A stretch of DNA of 64,000 bases from an uncultured delta proteobacterium (GTDB lineage: Bacteria; Desulfobacterota; Binatia; UBA9968). Of this stretch, positions 62,669-64,000 are shown piece by piece; within the stretch, counting starts at the first letter, position 1, and the number at the start of each line of letters is the position of its first letter. The translations under genes were made by a program, and so were the position numbers. The stretch lies in the NCBI GenBank assembly GCA_963760795.1, contig CAVXEP010000032.1, forward strand, positions 448,001 to 512,000. Reading direction: 5' to 3'. The notes beneath the pieces are model-generated. The model did no database searches. It was not told where the DNA came from and saw only the letters and a list, made by a program, of their open reading frames with translations.

Positions 62669-64000
62669 ATGATTGATCCAATTTGCGGCATGAACGTGGA
62701 GCCCAATAGCGCTGCGGGCAGTCACGTTCACAACGGCCAAACCTATTATTTCTGCAGCCATCACTGCCTGGCGAAATTTAAAGAAGACCCCGAGAAGTTT
62801 CTGAAATCGCCCGCGACGGAACATGCTGCGCATGGTCACGGACAACCACACGCGGACACGGCGCAGGCGCCAAAGCAAGATAGAGCGGAGCATGCGCATT
62901 TATGTCTGTCCGATGGATCCCGAGGTGCGCGAGTCCAAACCCGGCGCGTGCCCGAAGTGCGGTATGGCGCTGGAGCCGGCAGCTCCCGCCGCTCCTTCGG
63001 TGAAGACAGAATATGTTTGTCCCATGCATCCGGAGATCGTCCGTCCCGAGCCGGGAGCCTGTCCCATCTGCGGCATGGCGCTCGAACCGCAGAACGGTAA
63101 CTTTGGAGGAAGAAGCCAATCCCGAGCTGGTCGACATGACGCGGCGGTTTTGGGCTGGCGTCGTTTTGAGCGCGCCGATTGCTTTTCTCGCCATGTCCGA
63201 CATGATTCCCGGACAGCCGGTCCAGCGCAGTTTTTCTCCCCAGCTGCTCAATTGGTTCCAGCTCGTTCTTGCCACACCGGTGGTGCTCTGGGGCGGATGG
63301 CCGTTCTTTCAGCGCGGCTGGGCGTCCATCGTCAATCGCAGCCTGAACATGTTCACGCTGATCGCCATCGGAGTCGGCACTGCGTTCGTCTACAGTCTGG
63401 TCGCCACGCTTTTCCCCGACGCCTTTCCGGAGTCGTTCCGCGGCCACGGTGGCGCGGTGGGCGTTTACTTCGATGCCGCCGCGGTGATCACCACCTTGGT
63501 CTTGCTCGGTCAGGTATTGGAGCTGCGCGCCCGCAGCAAGACCAGCAAAGCGATCAAAGCGTTGTTGGGGCTTGCGCCCAAGACCGCGCGTCTGTGCGCG
63601 ACGATGGCACGGAAACGGACGTGGCTCTCGAGCGCGTTCAAGTCGGCGATCGTCTGCGCGTCCGCCCCGGCGAGAAGATTCCCGTTGATGGAATCGTTTT
63701 GGAAGGTACGACATCAGTCGATGAGTCGATGATCACCGGCGAGCCGATTCCGGTTGAGAAGACAAAAGATAGCAGAGTTACCGGCGGAACGGTTAACGGA
63801 ACCGGCAGTGTCGTCATGCGAGGCCGAGCGGGTCGGCAGCGATACGCTTTTGGCGCAGATTGTCCGCATGGTTTCGGAAGCTCAGCGCAGCCGGGCGCCG
63901 ATTCAGAAACTCGCCGATATTGTCGCCGGTTATTTTGTTCCCGCGGTGGTTCTAATCGCGATCATAACCTTTGTAGTTTGGGCCTGGTTCGGGCCGGAGC
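62669..64000 (+). CDS. copA: copper-translocating P1B-type ATPase with YHS and YxCPM metal-binding domains (frameshifted, runs off the window)
   Basis: DPICGM...YYFCSHHC; two CPM(D/H)PE...PGACP.CGMALEP modules; [37 protein letters not shown]. Confidence 0.88.

Noticed and set aside
2291-64000. Numerous frameshifts as programmed frameshifting, phase variation or mass pseudogenisation
   Set aside because: They hit housekeeping genes such as hemA, include compensating pairs (dnaE2, second SDR), and share no slippery motif. Long-read indel error is the simpler explanation.

Overview
GC-rich bacterial chromosomal window with many single-base indels that split otherwise intact genes, most likely long-read assembly error. 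Gene content (many orphan NMT1/SsuA-type binding proteins, amidohydrolase, ornithine cyclodeaminase-like, LLM, UbiD) resembles Candidatus Binatia-like deltaproteobacteria; this is an inference. Contents, in order: end of a vWA/TadG-like gene; dnaE2 preceded by a truncated diverged copy of its own 5' end; a catabolic region; dppABC-like genes; ccsA-hemACDB; a cytochrome c'/peroxiredoxin unit; penicillin acylase; comDE-like-LLM-RidA; rpoZ-rpoH; coxG/M/S-like genes; UbiD; a NEW3-ABC cassette; trmL-dtd; lgt; and a copper-resistance island running off the end. Main observations: (1) two probable selenoproteins missed by the ORF track, a GST (T-U-P-Y) and an exported 1-Sec peroxiredoxin, each with an in-frame TGA at the catalytic Cys position and a SECIS-like hairpin; (2) a set of intergenic palindromes built from different 7-9 nt tandem units that share a central TCCG/CGGA core; (3) a dRS3/RPE-like palindrome translated in frame inside DnaE2; (4) an identical 13-bp motif at matched positions before two genes next to a NarL-type regulator; (5) unusual copper-island components.
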